Source: Antedon mediterranea (Eukaryota; Animalia; Echinodermata). From it: a stretch of 64,000 nucleotides of DNA. Position numbers and translations under genes: made by a program. The stretch is taken from assembly GCF_964355755.1 (NCBI RefSeq), contig NC_092673.1, positions 28,021,648-28,085,647 of the forward strand, given 5' to 3'. Under the pieces are notes generated by a model, which was not told the DNA's origin, made no database searches, and saw nothing but the letters and a program-made list of their open reading frames with translations. Shown in pieces: positions 1 to 13,000 of this stretch; within the stretch, counting starts at the first letter, position 1, and every line of letters starts with the position of its first letter.

Positions 1-669
1 TGAATTACTACTTAGTTTAATGTCTTGCCTAGCTGTCGATTAGCCTCGACTCGACACATTGTGTGTGAAGAAGAGTGCGCGAAGGCAATCGCGTGAATTG
101 ACTTAGAATCCTAGGCCTACTGTAGAAAGTATCGTATCGCAGTTGTGTAATCGCTTCTTGTTGCTATACGCTAGGGTGCACACGGAACAACACATTTAAC
201 TGATGAATTATTCATGTTTATTTTGTGACGTTTCATGAGGGGGTCCCCAACTTATGTACGAAAAAAAAAATCGCTACCGGGCGTACTCCGGACGTGTATC
301 GGGTGTACTCCAGACGTGTACCGGGTATGTACATTAATCTAGCTCTGTCTACACCATGGTAATTGATACATATCATTTTTATACCTATCCCTACTTCTAA
401 CAAACAGAGAATACTGTTACATTGTACTTTATTATATGGTTCAGGTTCAGTTGAAATTGAAGTATGCCTTTGATGATTTTTACACAATTTATAATACTAT
501 TACCGTCATTCTTTAGAGGTAAAGGTAATGCCAAAAAATACATTCAAAAGATGTATTGTTAACATTACTTGTCCATTCATGGAAAAATAAAACACCCTTC
601 AAATCTTGATATAATAGTACAAACATAACATTAACACAAAGTTTATATTTCTGGCGGTTTTGATTTAGC

Positions 670-1200
670 TTTTTGCTTATTTTACATTTATATCTCCATT
701 GGGATTCCGCCATTACCCACAGCATTGTCATTTTTTTCAGTGCATATTTTATTTGTATCTCTATTGAGATCCAGCCACTGATACCCACAGCATTGTCATT
801 TTTTCAGTGCTTATTTTATTTGTATCTCCATTGAGATTCAGCCACTGATACCCACAGCATTGTTATTTTTCAGTGCTTATTTTATTTGTATCTCCATTGG
901 GATTCAGCCACTGATACCCACAGCATTGTCATTTTTTCAGTGCTTATTTTATTTTTTATCTCCATTATTGAGATCCAGCCACTGCATTGTCATTTTTTTC
1001 AGTGCTTATTTTATTTTGTATCTCCATTGAGATCCAGCCACTGATACCCACAGCATTATCATTTTTTCAGTGCTTATTTTATTTTGTATCTCAACTGAGA
1101 TTTAGCCACTGATACCCACAACATTGTCATTTTTTTGAGTACTTATTTTATTTGTATCTCCATTGAGATCCAGCCACTGATAACGGCAGCATTGTCTTTT
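670..1200. repeat. Minisatellite, about 58-60-bp unit, about 9 copies
   Basis: Repeated cagcattgtcattttttcagtgcttattttatttgtatctccattgagatccagccactgataccca. Confidence 0.9.
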
Positions 1201-1389
1201 TTTCCCCAGTAATTTGCCTTTTGATTCATAGACTACTATTCTGTTAAGCGTGGTTCCCACTAGAACGCAACACAGCGACGTATTGACGCAAAGTGATGTA
1301 TTGCGTAATCACAAATTGGAACCGACGATGCAACAGTGCTTTAAACATCGCGGGTTTGATTTCACACAGGCGGGGGAAAACACAATTAT

Positions 1390-4300
1390 TAGTGTAGGCC
1401 ACTATGTAATTTCGTGTCATTTTTTTGTTAAAAGCAAAATTCCAGCTGATTTAGTGTCTTTAGGATGTAAAGTAATGAAAAAAATATGTTGCCATTTTTT
1501 TAAAAAAGCTTAAGGGTGTCAAATCCAAGATGGCCGCCAATACGTAAAATATCCAATAAATGTACCATATTGGACAAAGTAACACGCATTATGAATAGTA
1601 TTTTAAGTTCATATGGGTTCTCTGCTATATAAGAATTATTATAAACCTATATTCATTAGTATTCTGACATTTTGAATTTCAAAATGGCCGCCATTTTAAA
1701 AAAATGGATTAAATATCTTATTAAAACATGTGCAAGTTATGACGTTGATTGAAATCACATAAAATGATAGGCCTATGACAACAACATTGGTGATTAACAC
1801 AAAATGGCCGCCATTTTGAATTTTAAAATGGCCGCCATTTTTTAAAAATGGGTTAAATTTCTCATTAAAACTTGTTAAGTTAAATAAAATTAGATTAAAA
1901 TATACAAAATGATATGCTTATGACAACAACATGGTGATGAACACAAAATGTTGACCATCAGGAGGTCTACAGTACTGACAGTACACTTCTTCATATTAAA
2001 ACATCTCATAAACTTCTTCAGTTAAATGACAACTAACTCTGCCAAAAGTCCTTCAATGAAATGTTTCTAATCTTGAATGCGATACAGTAAGTTGACCTTC
2101 CTTCGTTCTCTACTGTATCCATCGAACTTCCACAGACTGATCTGCGTTCCCACAACCTTGTTCAGAAACAAATTGGCAAAATAACTGAAATATCTCATTT
2201 CACCGGCAAATAATCTCTATAAGAGTCTTCTTTTACTTTGATAAGTTTGTCACCTGTATTCACCGTCATATATATTTTTTGCCAATATTCGTCTTTTTCT
2301 TAGGATCCCATATAGACAGTTTTCCGTCTACAAGACTTTTACCAATGCCTCAAACATTTTCTGTCCAATTTCATCATGCTATCGCCAACAAACACCTTTG
2401 TGCGAATTGCAGCATTCTTCATTAATCGGGATATCATCTCTCTTTAAATGTTAACTAGATTTGCCAGCTCTGATGAAATCATTAATTTGTGTTATTCCAA
2501 TGATACCACGCTCAATGACCCTGATCAATTGATGTAAATCCAGCAAGTCCCACACATACATGTCCTCTCATATACATATATAGTTTAACCACATCATTTA
2601 GATTTCGTCGACTCTCTGTATTCAAGTTAATATCTTTATGATCAGCCTCTTTCAAACAAAATGATACTTCACTTAGAATCTCTTTCTCTGTCTGCATTTG
2701 TAGAAGCAAGTTGTAGAGAGAAAGCAGAATTAGTGTGCTTCTGTCCTTTAGAGATGTTTTCCATTTTAAGATATTTGTGTCACTGGTTGTATAGGTAATA
2801 CAAGTTCAGTTTCAACAAAAGCACTTGCCTCAAAACTATTTTCACAATGCTACATGTCCAAAAGCCATATAGTTCACCGGGCCGACATAATAATTGCTTT
2901 TTGATGTCATCTCTGTCCACCTCGGGGTCCACCTCCACTCATCTCGGGCAAGAGTCATCACCAGGCATTCTTGTCTTTCCCTAGTACATGAGTTTTTATA
3001 CCACAACCATGTGCACTCATCAAACCAGTGTATAATGCTGGTCTGTCTGTAGGGGGTACATATCTAATGAAATTGGTTGAGATTGTAGAAGATGAGAAGT
3101 AGAGGTTCATTCAATTACAAGGTTATTTATAGGCAGAGCTGTATCTGTATTTCCTTCAAGCTTCTGCCAAAAGTTGACAGGTTGAAAACTTACCAACCAT
3201 ACTGGTGACTATGGCCCTGAAGGTTCAGACATTGAATTACATAGCAATAACGCATTTATTATTTACCATATTTATACAGGATTTCACAATAAGGTATAAA
3301 TGCACTTGTTTTATATTGTGGTCCTGTCTCCTGTCAAGTTTCAGTTTCATGAAAAGAAATGAGATCTGTAATTTAGAATCTATATATAAATTATGGTTAA
3401 TTCTGACATAGGTTAGCACAATGGAAAAACTTTGGAACAAATTTCTGCCTTGGATACCTACCTGAACTATCTCAGGTGTACCGCAAAATGTAAAACAGTT
3501 TTCACTATTACGATATTGTTCCATATTTCTATCCTAGGAATATATTATGAAGAGTTTTAAAACAAAATTTCTGATTCATCGGTAGATTTTCAACTCAATT
3601 TCAATTGTACGCGGTCAAAGTAATTCATGATGAGTTCACAGGTTCACCTTGCAACTACCTGGTTTCAGTTAAGTTGGTCGTTAGTGGCTATAGCTATTTT
3701 AGTTTTTTGTTTATTTTCGGATCGGACCGCGCGTGTGAAGGTACAGTAGTTAAAAAATAAAATCCCGATAGCCGAGTTTTATTGAGTAAGCTGGCAGGAA
3801 TAACTGTAGGCTATCTGTGTCCCATTAGGGCCCATATTGCAAGCCGTCTAAAACATCTTCCTTCTTGGGCCGAAACGGCCTACACTGTCGCGGAAGTTAG
3901 TTTCAAAGATGTTTAATTTGAATAATGTATTATGATGGTATTTATTTGAATAAACGCCTCCTCAATAAAACATCACTTTGAATAATAATCGCCTACACCC
4001 ACCCCCCCCCCCCCTCCCCCTACCCAACTATCTAATAAACGCCCATCCACATTAATTATACACACAATATTGTATACTATTTATAATAGAATTCATTACA
4101 CTGTTAACTATAATTTACCAAGCATTTGTTATAATTTTTTACCACTTTTTATATCTATTAGAGGATTTTATTTGATTATAAATGTTACGATATTATTAAA
4201 ACTAAAAAATCCCTCGAATAAGCATCTCCCTCAAATGAACTCTGCCTCCCCACCTCCGCCCTATAACACAATAAACACTATACTTTAAAATGTTATTAAT

Positions 4301-5069
4301 CATCTAAGACACTGTGAAACAGAGTAGGTTTAGTTTTTCGAATGTCAAGCATTTTCAATAATGGTAACCGACAGAAAACGTACAAGGAGAACGTCCTTCT
4401 AAAACCTTTTTACCCGAGTCATTATCATTCCGAGAACCTTCGTTTACACTTCCTAGAGGGGAGCGAGCAAACTAGAGGTCTAACCCTCTAGTTAGACGTA
4501 ATTGTTGTTGAATATTTGATATAAATTGTTAAGTTGTTCCATACTTTTGCAACTCCAACTTTGAACGATTATTTAATTTAATAGTCATAGTGGGGTATTA
4601 TATATACTGTTATATAGAGGACATTAACAACTTTAGCCTTATATTTACAATTTACAATCCTGTGAGAAGTGAAAATTTTAGAACATTGTGTACAAACAAC
4701 AATTTATGCACACATATTAAAAAAAAATTATTTAAAGAATTTAATTTTTAGTGGCGGCCATTTTGAAATCCAAGATGGCCGACAGATTATCGCTTTACAT
4801 AGTTAGGATTGTATAATGGGTACAGTAATACCATCAAAACGGACTTGTTCCACATTCATAATTTGTATTATTGGTGATATTCTGATTTTTAATAGGGTTA
4901 TTTGAATGTTGGCGGCCATCTTGAATTTGGTCCTTTAAATGTCTTTTGAAAAAATGGCAACATATTTTTTTTCATTCCTTATATTATCAAGATATGAAAA
5001 AAAGAAAAAATTTGCTTTTAACAAAAAATATACACGACATTCATATAAACGACATACCAGCCTACACTA
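1390..5069 (-). mobile_element. Decayed Academ-like DNA transposon
   Basis: TIR TAGTGTAGGC...GCCTACACTA with long imperfect subterminal inversion (ggccgccattttgaa motifs); 3-bp TSD TAT confirmed by the empty MITE; broken minus-strand coding remnants (GFTSIDQGH...GIIGIT) recall Academ transposase. Superfamily is from recall, not a search. Confidence 0.65.
3379..4491 (+). mobile_element. Non-autonomous Helitron (family H), copy 1, nested in the Academ-like element
   Basis: A|TCTATATATAAATTATGG...CTAG|T; homologous to 40499-41484 and 52734-54075. Confidence 0.82.
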
Positions 5070-5713
5070 TATTGGAAGGGAATGTTCTTACGTTTCGTAG
5101 GTTGCGTCGCTAGTGGGAACCACGTTTAACATTACACATTATTACGGAAGCGTCTAAGTGCCATCCATAGCGACTTGTAAAGAAAATTTATCTTGTCAAG
5201 TCGACATAAAATATGAATATCCGTACTTTATGGTTCAAGTTAATTAACAGTTGAATTTGAAATATGTCTATGGCCAATTTTACACAAATATGCTATTATT
5301 TAGCGAAGCGTCATTCTTTTGAGATTAAGGTAATGCCAAATAATAATACATTCAAAAGATGTATTGTTATTAATTCTTGTTCGTCATTCAGGCAGTAATA
5401 AAACACGCTTTTCAAATCATAATACATAGGCCTAATACAAACACAACATTAACAATGAAATCTACAATTCTATGAAATGACTGGCAAGTGAACTCTATCA
5501 AAATGTGAATGGTTTATGCTTGATAGAGTGTCTCCTATTTCGATAACAAGTAAACGCCTTAAACATTGGTCTGAAGTGTTCCCAACTCACCGAATAATGG
5601 AGATTGTTATACAACAGACACAAAAATACAGATTGTAAATGTAAAATGAAGCATTTGGCAACACAATAATAATAACGGCACTTGTCAGAAAGCACTGACG
5701 TAAGCGAACTTGT

Positions 5714-7970
5714 TAAGCTTGGTTCCCACTAGTGACGCAATCTACGCAACGTAAGAAAATAGGCTTCCAATCATTGCGTTTGCCCCCGCCTGCGTGAAAT
5801 TAAACCTGCGATTTTTGCAGCACAAACTGCAAACATCGCAGGTTTCACGCAGGCGGGGGCAAACACAATTATTAAGCGTGGTTCCCACTAGAACGCAACG
5901 CAACATAACGCAGCGACGTATCGACGCAAAGTGTTGTGATGCGTAATCACAAGTGGGAACCGACGACGCACTCTAGTGCTGCAAAAATTGCAGGGTTGAT
6001 TTCACGCCGGCTTAAAGCGTGGTTCCCACTAGCGACGCAACACAAGGACGTAGCGCAACGCAACTGACCAATCACAAGCGATGGCTTATTCGTTTGTGAT
6101 TGCTAACTGTTTATAACTTCACTTGTCATTGGTTAAAACGCTTCCGTTGCGTTTACGTCTTTGCGTTACGTTCTAATGGGAATCAAGCTTAAAGCATGGT
6201 TCCTATGGATGCAACGTAACGATTTTGTTTCTCTTTTGTGAGAATTATTATTGTAATATTGAATATTGTTATTATATGATTCGATGGCATGTTATTTGAT
6301 GCTCTAAAGTTTCAAACCAATGTCGTATGGTTCCAACCGTTTGCTCAAATTACTTACGCTGTGCGTGACATCCAAATGGGAAATCGTGGTTCCCACTAGC
6401 GACGCAACGCAGTGACGCAAAGTTCTGTATTGCATAATCACAAGTGGGAACCGACGACGCAACAGTGCTGCAACAAACATCGCCGGTTTTATTTCACGCG
6501 GGCGGGGGCAAACGCAGTTATTGGAAGGGCATTTCTTACGTTTCGTAGGTTGCGTTACGTCCCTAGTAGGAACCAAGCTTTAAGTTTGTTAGTGGGAACC
6601 AACGTTACGTTTCGCCTACGCCACATTGCTTTACGGCACTGGTATGCAGTAATGTGATGTCATCATTATGACGGTCGTGAAGCAGAATAAAGTATGGAGG
6701 CGCGCATAAAAGAAACAAATATGCCATCAAATAGCAATAATAACGATTGGCGATTCCCACAAAAGAGAAAAAAAAAATAGATAATATTATCACAGCACAG
6801 CAGCAGTAAACGAAGTAAATATGTGTAAAATAAATAAACAAACTTCAAGTAGTTTTTTTCAGATCAGTGGATGCGAAGCCAACAAAAATAACAATTGTTT
6901 TTGATACATGTGTGTTGCCCTGTCTGGCTGTGTCAATCAACTGACGTCAGTTGTTCTTTGGATTGTGATTCCTCTACATTATTTCGCCAGCAGCGACACT
7001 CAAGGTTGATAAAGCACGCGTTTTACAAAAGTGCATCGCCATTTTCCAGTCACTTTTTTTCGATTTTTATCTTCTTCCTTTGCGCGCCCTGAGACAATTA
7101 AATCAATCTCAACTTTACCCAACAAATATACCAATATAACTGATCATCTCATAGATTCCCTAAAGCGTGGTTCCCACTAGAATGCAACGCAGCGACGTAT
7201 TGACGCAACGTGCTGTATTGCGTAACCACAAGCGGGAACCGACGACGCAACAGTGCTGCAAACATCGCAGGTTTGATTTCACGCAGGCGGGGGCAAACAC
7301 AGTGATTCGAAGGGCATTTTCTTACGTTGCGTAGGTTGCGTTACGTTCCGCCGCTAGTAGGAACCAAGCTTTAAGCGTGGTTCCCACTGGAACGCAACGT
7401 AACCTAGCGCAGTGACGTATCGACTCAATGTGCTGCATTGCGTAATCACAAGTGGGAACCGACGACGCAACAGTGCTGCAAACATCGCTACGGGAAATCA
7501 AATCAGTTTGATGTCACGTAACAACGCAAGGCAAAAAAACATTGGAAAAGCGCGTACTCAAAAGTACGCGGAGTGAACCTGGTCAAAGTCTACGGCATGC
7601 TAACGTTGACGCGTAACACGCAGGTTTGATTTCACGCAGGTGGGGACAAACACAATTATTGGAAGGGCATTTGCTTACGTTGCGTTGCGTCCCTAGTGGG
7701 ACCCAAGCTTTAAGCTTGGGTCCCACTAGGGACGTAACGCAGCGACGTATCGACGCAAAGTGATGCATTGCGTAATCGCAAGTGGGAACCGACGACGCAC
7801 CATTTCTGTAAAAATCGCAGGTTTGATTTCACGCAGGTGTGGGTAAACACAATGATTGGAAGGGCATTTTCTTACGTTGCGTAGATTGCGTTACGTTGCG
7901 TCGCAAGTGAGAACCAAGATTTACGCTTCAATAAGTCGCTGCGTTGCGTCGCTAGTGGAAACCACGCTTT
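5714..7970. mobile_element. Cluster of about 10 full, partial and nested family-A MITEs
   Basis: Recurring aagc(g/t)tggttcccactag TIRs joined at TTAA/TAA, e.g. 6013-6191, 6386-6582, 7162-7372, 7712-7920. Confidence 0.85.
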
Positions 7971-8419
7971 ATAATTTGGCGGATTGGAATATGAATATAC
8001 CATACTTTTAGTATATTTTATGTCTAAGTTTTTATTGGTGGTTCTAAGTGTTTGCAACATACGATACGATACTTAATCTTTTTATTACCCTACCTTCAAA
8101 CTTCTTTTCTTATTTTTTACACCTTTAGGCATACAATTGGGCAATGTTAGGCTATATGAAAACGGAAAAGACCTGACACTATTTATTATTTGGGCGTTGT
8201 GACTTTAAGGACAAAGAGCGTTACAATAGTATATTGTGTATGAGCAAATACGTATTTTTATCTGGAAAGTTTCCTTTGTAAAGTGCGGGTTTGCTTTTTA
8301 TTGTTATTTTAAATAAAATTTACCTTGCCATTTTATTGTTGTAAATTCAACTTGTGCGTGTAACGTGGATGAATAGCATTCCTTTAAAACTACTGAAGCG
8401 ATGTAATTTAATAATTCGT

Positions 8420-8780
8420 TTTTTTATTTAAATGGATTATATATTTTTCTTTTACTCTTTCTATTTAATTCAACGTATTTGAAATAAAGTTGGCCAAAAT
8501 GTAACTTTCAATAGATTTTAGATATTTAATACACATGATTTATTTTCCGTTTTAGCCTAAATTAATATTAGCTGCCGAGCAGCAACAGTTAAGAATCGTG
8601 CCTGCTTTACACGTAGTAATTTAGTTTATATTTCCAGTTAACTTAAATTAGTGTTAGCTGTTCAATTTATAAGCATAATCGGGTTTTTTTCGGACTTGAT
8701 TTCCGAAGACGTAGAAATCCAATGAAAATGTATGAGATTTTATTTGCGAGCAGCAAACTGAATTTCCGTAAGACAATTTA
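8420..8780 (+). repeat. Local duplicated segment; uninterrupted copy of the sequence split by the Helentron nest
   Basis: Near-identical to 9885-10083 joined to 18721-18880; more diverged relatives near 18900, 19820 and 20930. Confidence 0.85.
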
Positions 8781-9334
8781 ATGGTCGGTTCCCAAAATCT
8801 TAGCCGAAGTGTATAACTAGCCGAGCGTGAGTAAATCTCTATTGTTAGAACAATTCATCACTGACTATCACTACTCTGTTATTAGCGGCCCACCAATAAG
8901 CTTTTGCAATAATCACACATTTTCTTTGAAACTTTCAAATTGTCTGGATGTTACGATGAACGAAATTTAAGTTTAGCGAATGCTGTTTTGACAAGAACGA
9001 TATACTGATTACGTTTTTATCGTGATGGGGTTTAAATATGAAACACTTTTCGGTAAGAATTATTTATTAATTACATTGTAAGATTATCAAGCATAATTTT
9101 CACCAAATACATTGTCATTGACTTAATAGCGAGTGAGGGTATTGGCGTTATCCAACCTGTTAAGTTACATTAGTTGACCGAGTCCGCTGCCCCCGGTATG
9201 GAAAGCTCTTTCTGGGCACACCACATGTTGTGTTTGTTGCCGCGCTCCCCCTTTTTGACAGCTAAAATGAAATATATATACTTTTTTGATATCATGCATG
9301 ATACCACCAAATTTACGAATAAGCATACCTATAC

Positions 9335-9640
9335 ATTTTTTTATTAGAATCCAAACTGTCTTTGATTTGAGCTCAGACATTTCTCATCATCAGTGCAATA
9401 CTCAGCAGCCGATAGTTATAATAATGCCATCTTAAACAACTGTATGTAAATGTGGCAATTGAATAGCTTATAACGAAAGCAGACAACATAACAATCAAAT
9501 GGCGTGCCACTTTTTATACATACAGTTGTTAAGATTGTATATAAGAACTATCGACTGCTTAGTATTGTACAGATTATGAGAAAATGGTTTTCGAAACATA
9601 TCTGAGCTCAAATTAAAGACTACTTGGATTCTAATAAAAT
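9335..9640. mobile_element. Foldback/MITE-like imperfect inverted repeat
   Basis: ttattagaatcca...gagctcaga...caactgtatgtaaa mirrored by tttatacatacagttg...tctgagctc...tggattctaataa. Confidence 0.65.
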
Positions 9641-10083
9641 GCATTGTTAATATATTACTTATTTGGGATATCAGATTTTGTCTGTATTTGGTATTGCTCT
9701 CCCGTTTGAAATTGTTTTATTTTGTTTTAAAACTCAAACATGAACGTTCATCTGTGTTGGTGATAAGTAGGCCTAAAGTTTTTAGTGTTTAAAAATTGTC
9801 AGTTAATAGACGAAGATGTTGACGAAGGTATATTATTATTATTAGTGTTGTAATCCACAGTTTAAATTAAATGTTTACATTGTTTTTTTATTTAAATGGA
9901 TTATATATTTTTCTTTTACTCTTTCTATTTAATTCAACGTATTTGAAATAAAGTTGGCCAAAATGTAACTTTCAATAGATTTTAGATATTTAATACACAT
10001 GATTTATTTTCCGTTTTAGCCTAAATTAATATTAGCTGCCGAGCAGCAACAGTTAAGAATCGTGCCTGCTTTACACGTAGTAA

Positions 10084-13000
10084 TTAGGTTATATGCATGC
10101 ATTCATGCATATAACCTCTTGATTCTGTCAGAATCTTTATTTATTTCTTTATTAGGTTATATGCATGATATGCATATAACCTCTTGATTCTGTCAAAATC
10201 TTTATTTATTTATTAGGTTATATGCATTATCATGCATATAACCTCTTGATTCTGTCAAAATCTTTATTAGGTTATATGCATTATCATGCATATAACCTCT
10301 TGATTCTGTCAAAATCTTTATTGGTTATCCGCCTCAAGCGGATAAGCCCTTGGAATTGTAGTGTTACTTTTTTTTTATTATTCTTCTCTATTTCCGCCGA
10401 TTTTTGTGTTCAGCTTTTCTCTGCAACCTGTTAACATAACATGTTGTAACTTGGTAAACATTTAGACATTTAGCTGAAGATGTGCAGCCAAGCTTTTGGA
10501 CGCTGGCAGAACCGCGTAGCGTAAGTCACGCGCGATTTTCAAAAAATCCTAAGTTGATCATAACTTCGAAACAGATGAATATTTTTTAACGTAAATTTCA
10601 GCCATGTTTGCTTCACATCAATTGCTAACTTTTTTATCGCTACCGAAATTTGTAACAGTGGAAAGTGCGCGAGTAAACGGCGTTTGAAATTTTAAAATGC
10701 TCTAAATCAATTTCTGATTAAATTAGAGCACGATTCAGGTCATTTTAAGCGTTTGAAAAATTGCCACCAGGTGCGCACATTTTTACGCGCGCACGGCGCA
10801 GGAAACACGTATGAGCATTTCTTTTGCACGATTTGTGTTTTTCAATCTTCGGTTAACAATTTTACGTTATTTTATTCACTTTTCAACTTCAAATGGCGTT
10901 CTACGAGCACGTTAAACATGACTGGTTGCGCACGTAAAATTTCAAAAATTTGTGAAAATGTTGCAAAATATGTATACTTTTAAAAACGATACAGTTCATC
11001 AGAATGCAAGGTTACCCCTATTTTTTATTTTATTTTCTTGCAGTGTATGAATCATAGATCTGATTTATTATAGTGTTGAATGTTAAAACGTGTTTGATGG
11101 CTACATTATTTGCATATTAAATATAATTTTTGAAATTTTTATCATTAAACAAACAATAACATTTTCAAAGAGCAAAACAATAAACATAACGTTTATCTTT
11201 TTTCTTCACATGTTAATATATAAAACTTTCAAGTGTGCACTTTCATAATATGTCACTGTTTAAAATTTGTGAAGATTTCATCATAGTGAAAATTATGATT
11301 TAGTTTGGTAAGTAATAATCTATTTGCATCGAGTGGTTCACGACATACCGAATGGACGAGTTAACTTTCTTCGGATTCTCTTCAGCAGGTGCTCATATGG
11401 CTCGATGTGTAGTGCCATCGACTTTGGTATCAGAGGTACCGGGATCGAATCCCGTCACGGGAAAACAATTAAATAAAAGGATTTATTTGGTTATTACAAT
11501 GAAAAGGCAGTTTTAATTTCGAATAGGCTACTTTTTGGAAAAGTCATGATTGAAAGGTACTTGAATGCGCAAGATACGTTTTGTTACGGGCGGATAACCA
11601 AACTCGTCCTCAAGTGACGAGTTACAGATCTAGTTTATTTATTCTTTCCTTAGCACTATTTTGTCCGTGAATTATCTTGATATCAGTTTCATCTATCTAA
11701 GTCAATTTTTCAGAGTATATTCCTTATGGCCAGGAATCGATGTGGTTATATTTTCACGATGCGTAATCAAAAATTACGCGGTCTACGCGCGATTTTACGA
11801 AATCACGTTTGTAATCATATCTTCACAAGCATGAATCACAATTAAACAAAATTTGGTACTCATAAATTTCAGGTCATATTTCATCATATGGCAATACAAT
11901 TACGTGCGTAGCGCATATAACGCTTGCGTACGCGCGCTTGAAATGTTCAAAATTGTCAAAATTTATTTTCGATGAAATTAGAGTACGTTTCAGGCAATTT
12001 TAAGCGTTTAAAAAATTGCCATGAGTGCGCAGATTTTTGCACGCGCACTGCGCGTTATACGTTAATGCGCACTCTTTTTGTCCGATTTCGGTTGTACAAC
12101 CTTTCTTTAATAATATCATCATATTTTATTCACTTTTCAACGCGTAATTGCCTTATACGAGCACGTCAAAAGTGACAGGCTACGCACGTGTAAGTTAACA
12201 AAATGGTGAAAATATGCTAAATTTTAAAATTAATATAGATCGTCAGAATGCTCGGGAACACATATTTTTTATTTAATTTTCTTGAAGTGTATGTATCTTA
12301 TGTATGATTTATTATTAAACTAAGGGAACAAAAGTTGATTAAGCCATAATTAATTGCATATTAAATTTTAAAAAATTCATTTCGACAATCAAACAAATTA
12401 TGACATTTTCTTAGGCCAAAATAACAAACTTAACATTAACTTTCTTCCTTCAAAAGTTCATATATTAAAGTTAAAAGTATATAGTTTGACAGTGCATCAT
12501 TTTTGTACATTTTTAGAGATGTCATCATAGTAAAAAATTATAATTCATTGCGGTATGTAATAATCTATCTGCACCAAAGTGGTTACTGCATAGTAAATAC
12601 ACGGAGGAATTTTTCTACAATTTTTCGTCAGTTGTGTATGGCTCGGTGGTGTGTGCTCGTGTCTATGGCACTCAAGGTACCGAGATCGAGTCTCACCTTG
12701 GGAAACGAAATAAATTTTTTTTTTTATTATCCGTATTGTTTGTTCAAATTTATTTCTTAGTGTATATATTATACACATGATTTATAATGAAATCTAGATA
12801 AAAAATAACTTATGTCTTTATTATTATGTAACAGCAAATGTGGTTTATGACATTATACGCAGAGGGATCTTTGATCGGATTGTGATACCGGCTATTGTAT
12901 TCGCGTTAGCAAGGTCCTATCATATATTATACATTATTTAAAGAATCTGAGAAAATCAATGAATCAAAATATCTTTTAAAAATAAATTATCTTTATTTTA

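Larger units (their letters stand above)
1246..5127 (+). mobile_element. Harbinger/Tourist-like MITE (family A) split by an Academ-like insertion
   Basis: TIRs aagcgtggttcccactag / ctagtgggaaccacgttt with TTA/TAA flanks; halves 1246-1389 and 5070-5127 rejoin to the intact MITE seen at 7162-7372. Confidence 0.82.

Noticed and set aside
276-331. Short 22-bp repeat (taccgggcgtactccggacgtg), about 2.5 copies
   Set aside because: Probably a transposon subterminal remnant, but no partner end is visible, so it cannot be classified.
670-1200. CRISPR-like appearance of regular repeats (also 10084-10320 and 50833-51100)
   Set aside because: No unique spacers, no cas genes, eukaryotic intron-exon context.
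9816-9827. ATG TTG ACG AAG|gtatat micro first exon
   Set aside because: Wrong phase for a direct join and sits in locally repeated sequence.
11392-11463. Functional tRNA gene
   Set aside because: Acceptor and anticodon stems do not pair properly and it lies inside a transposon; treated as tRNA-derived.
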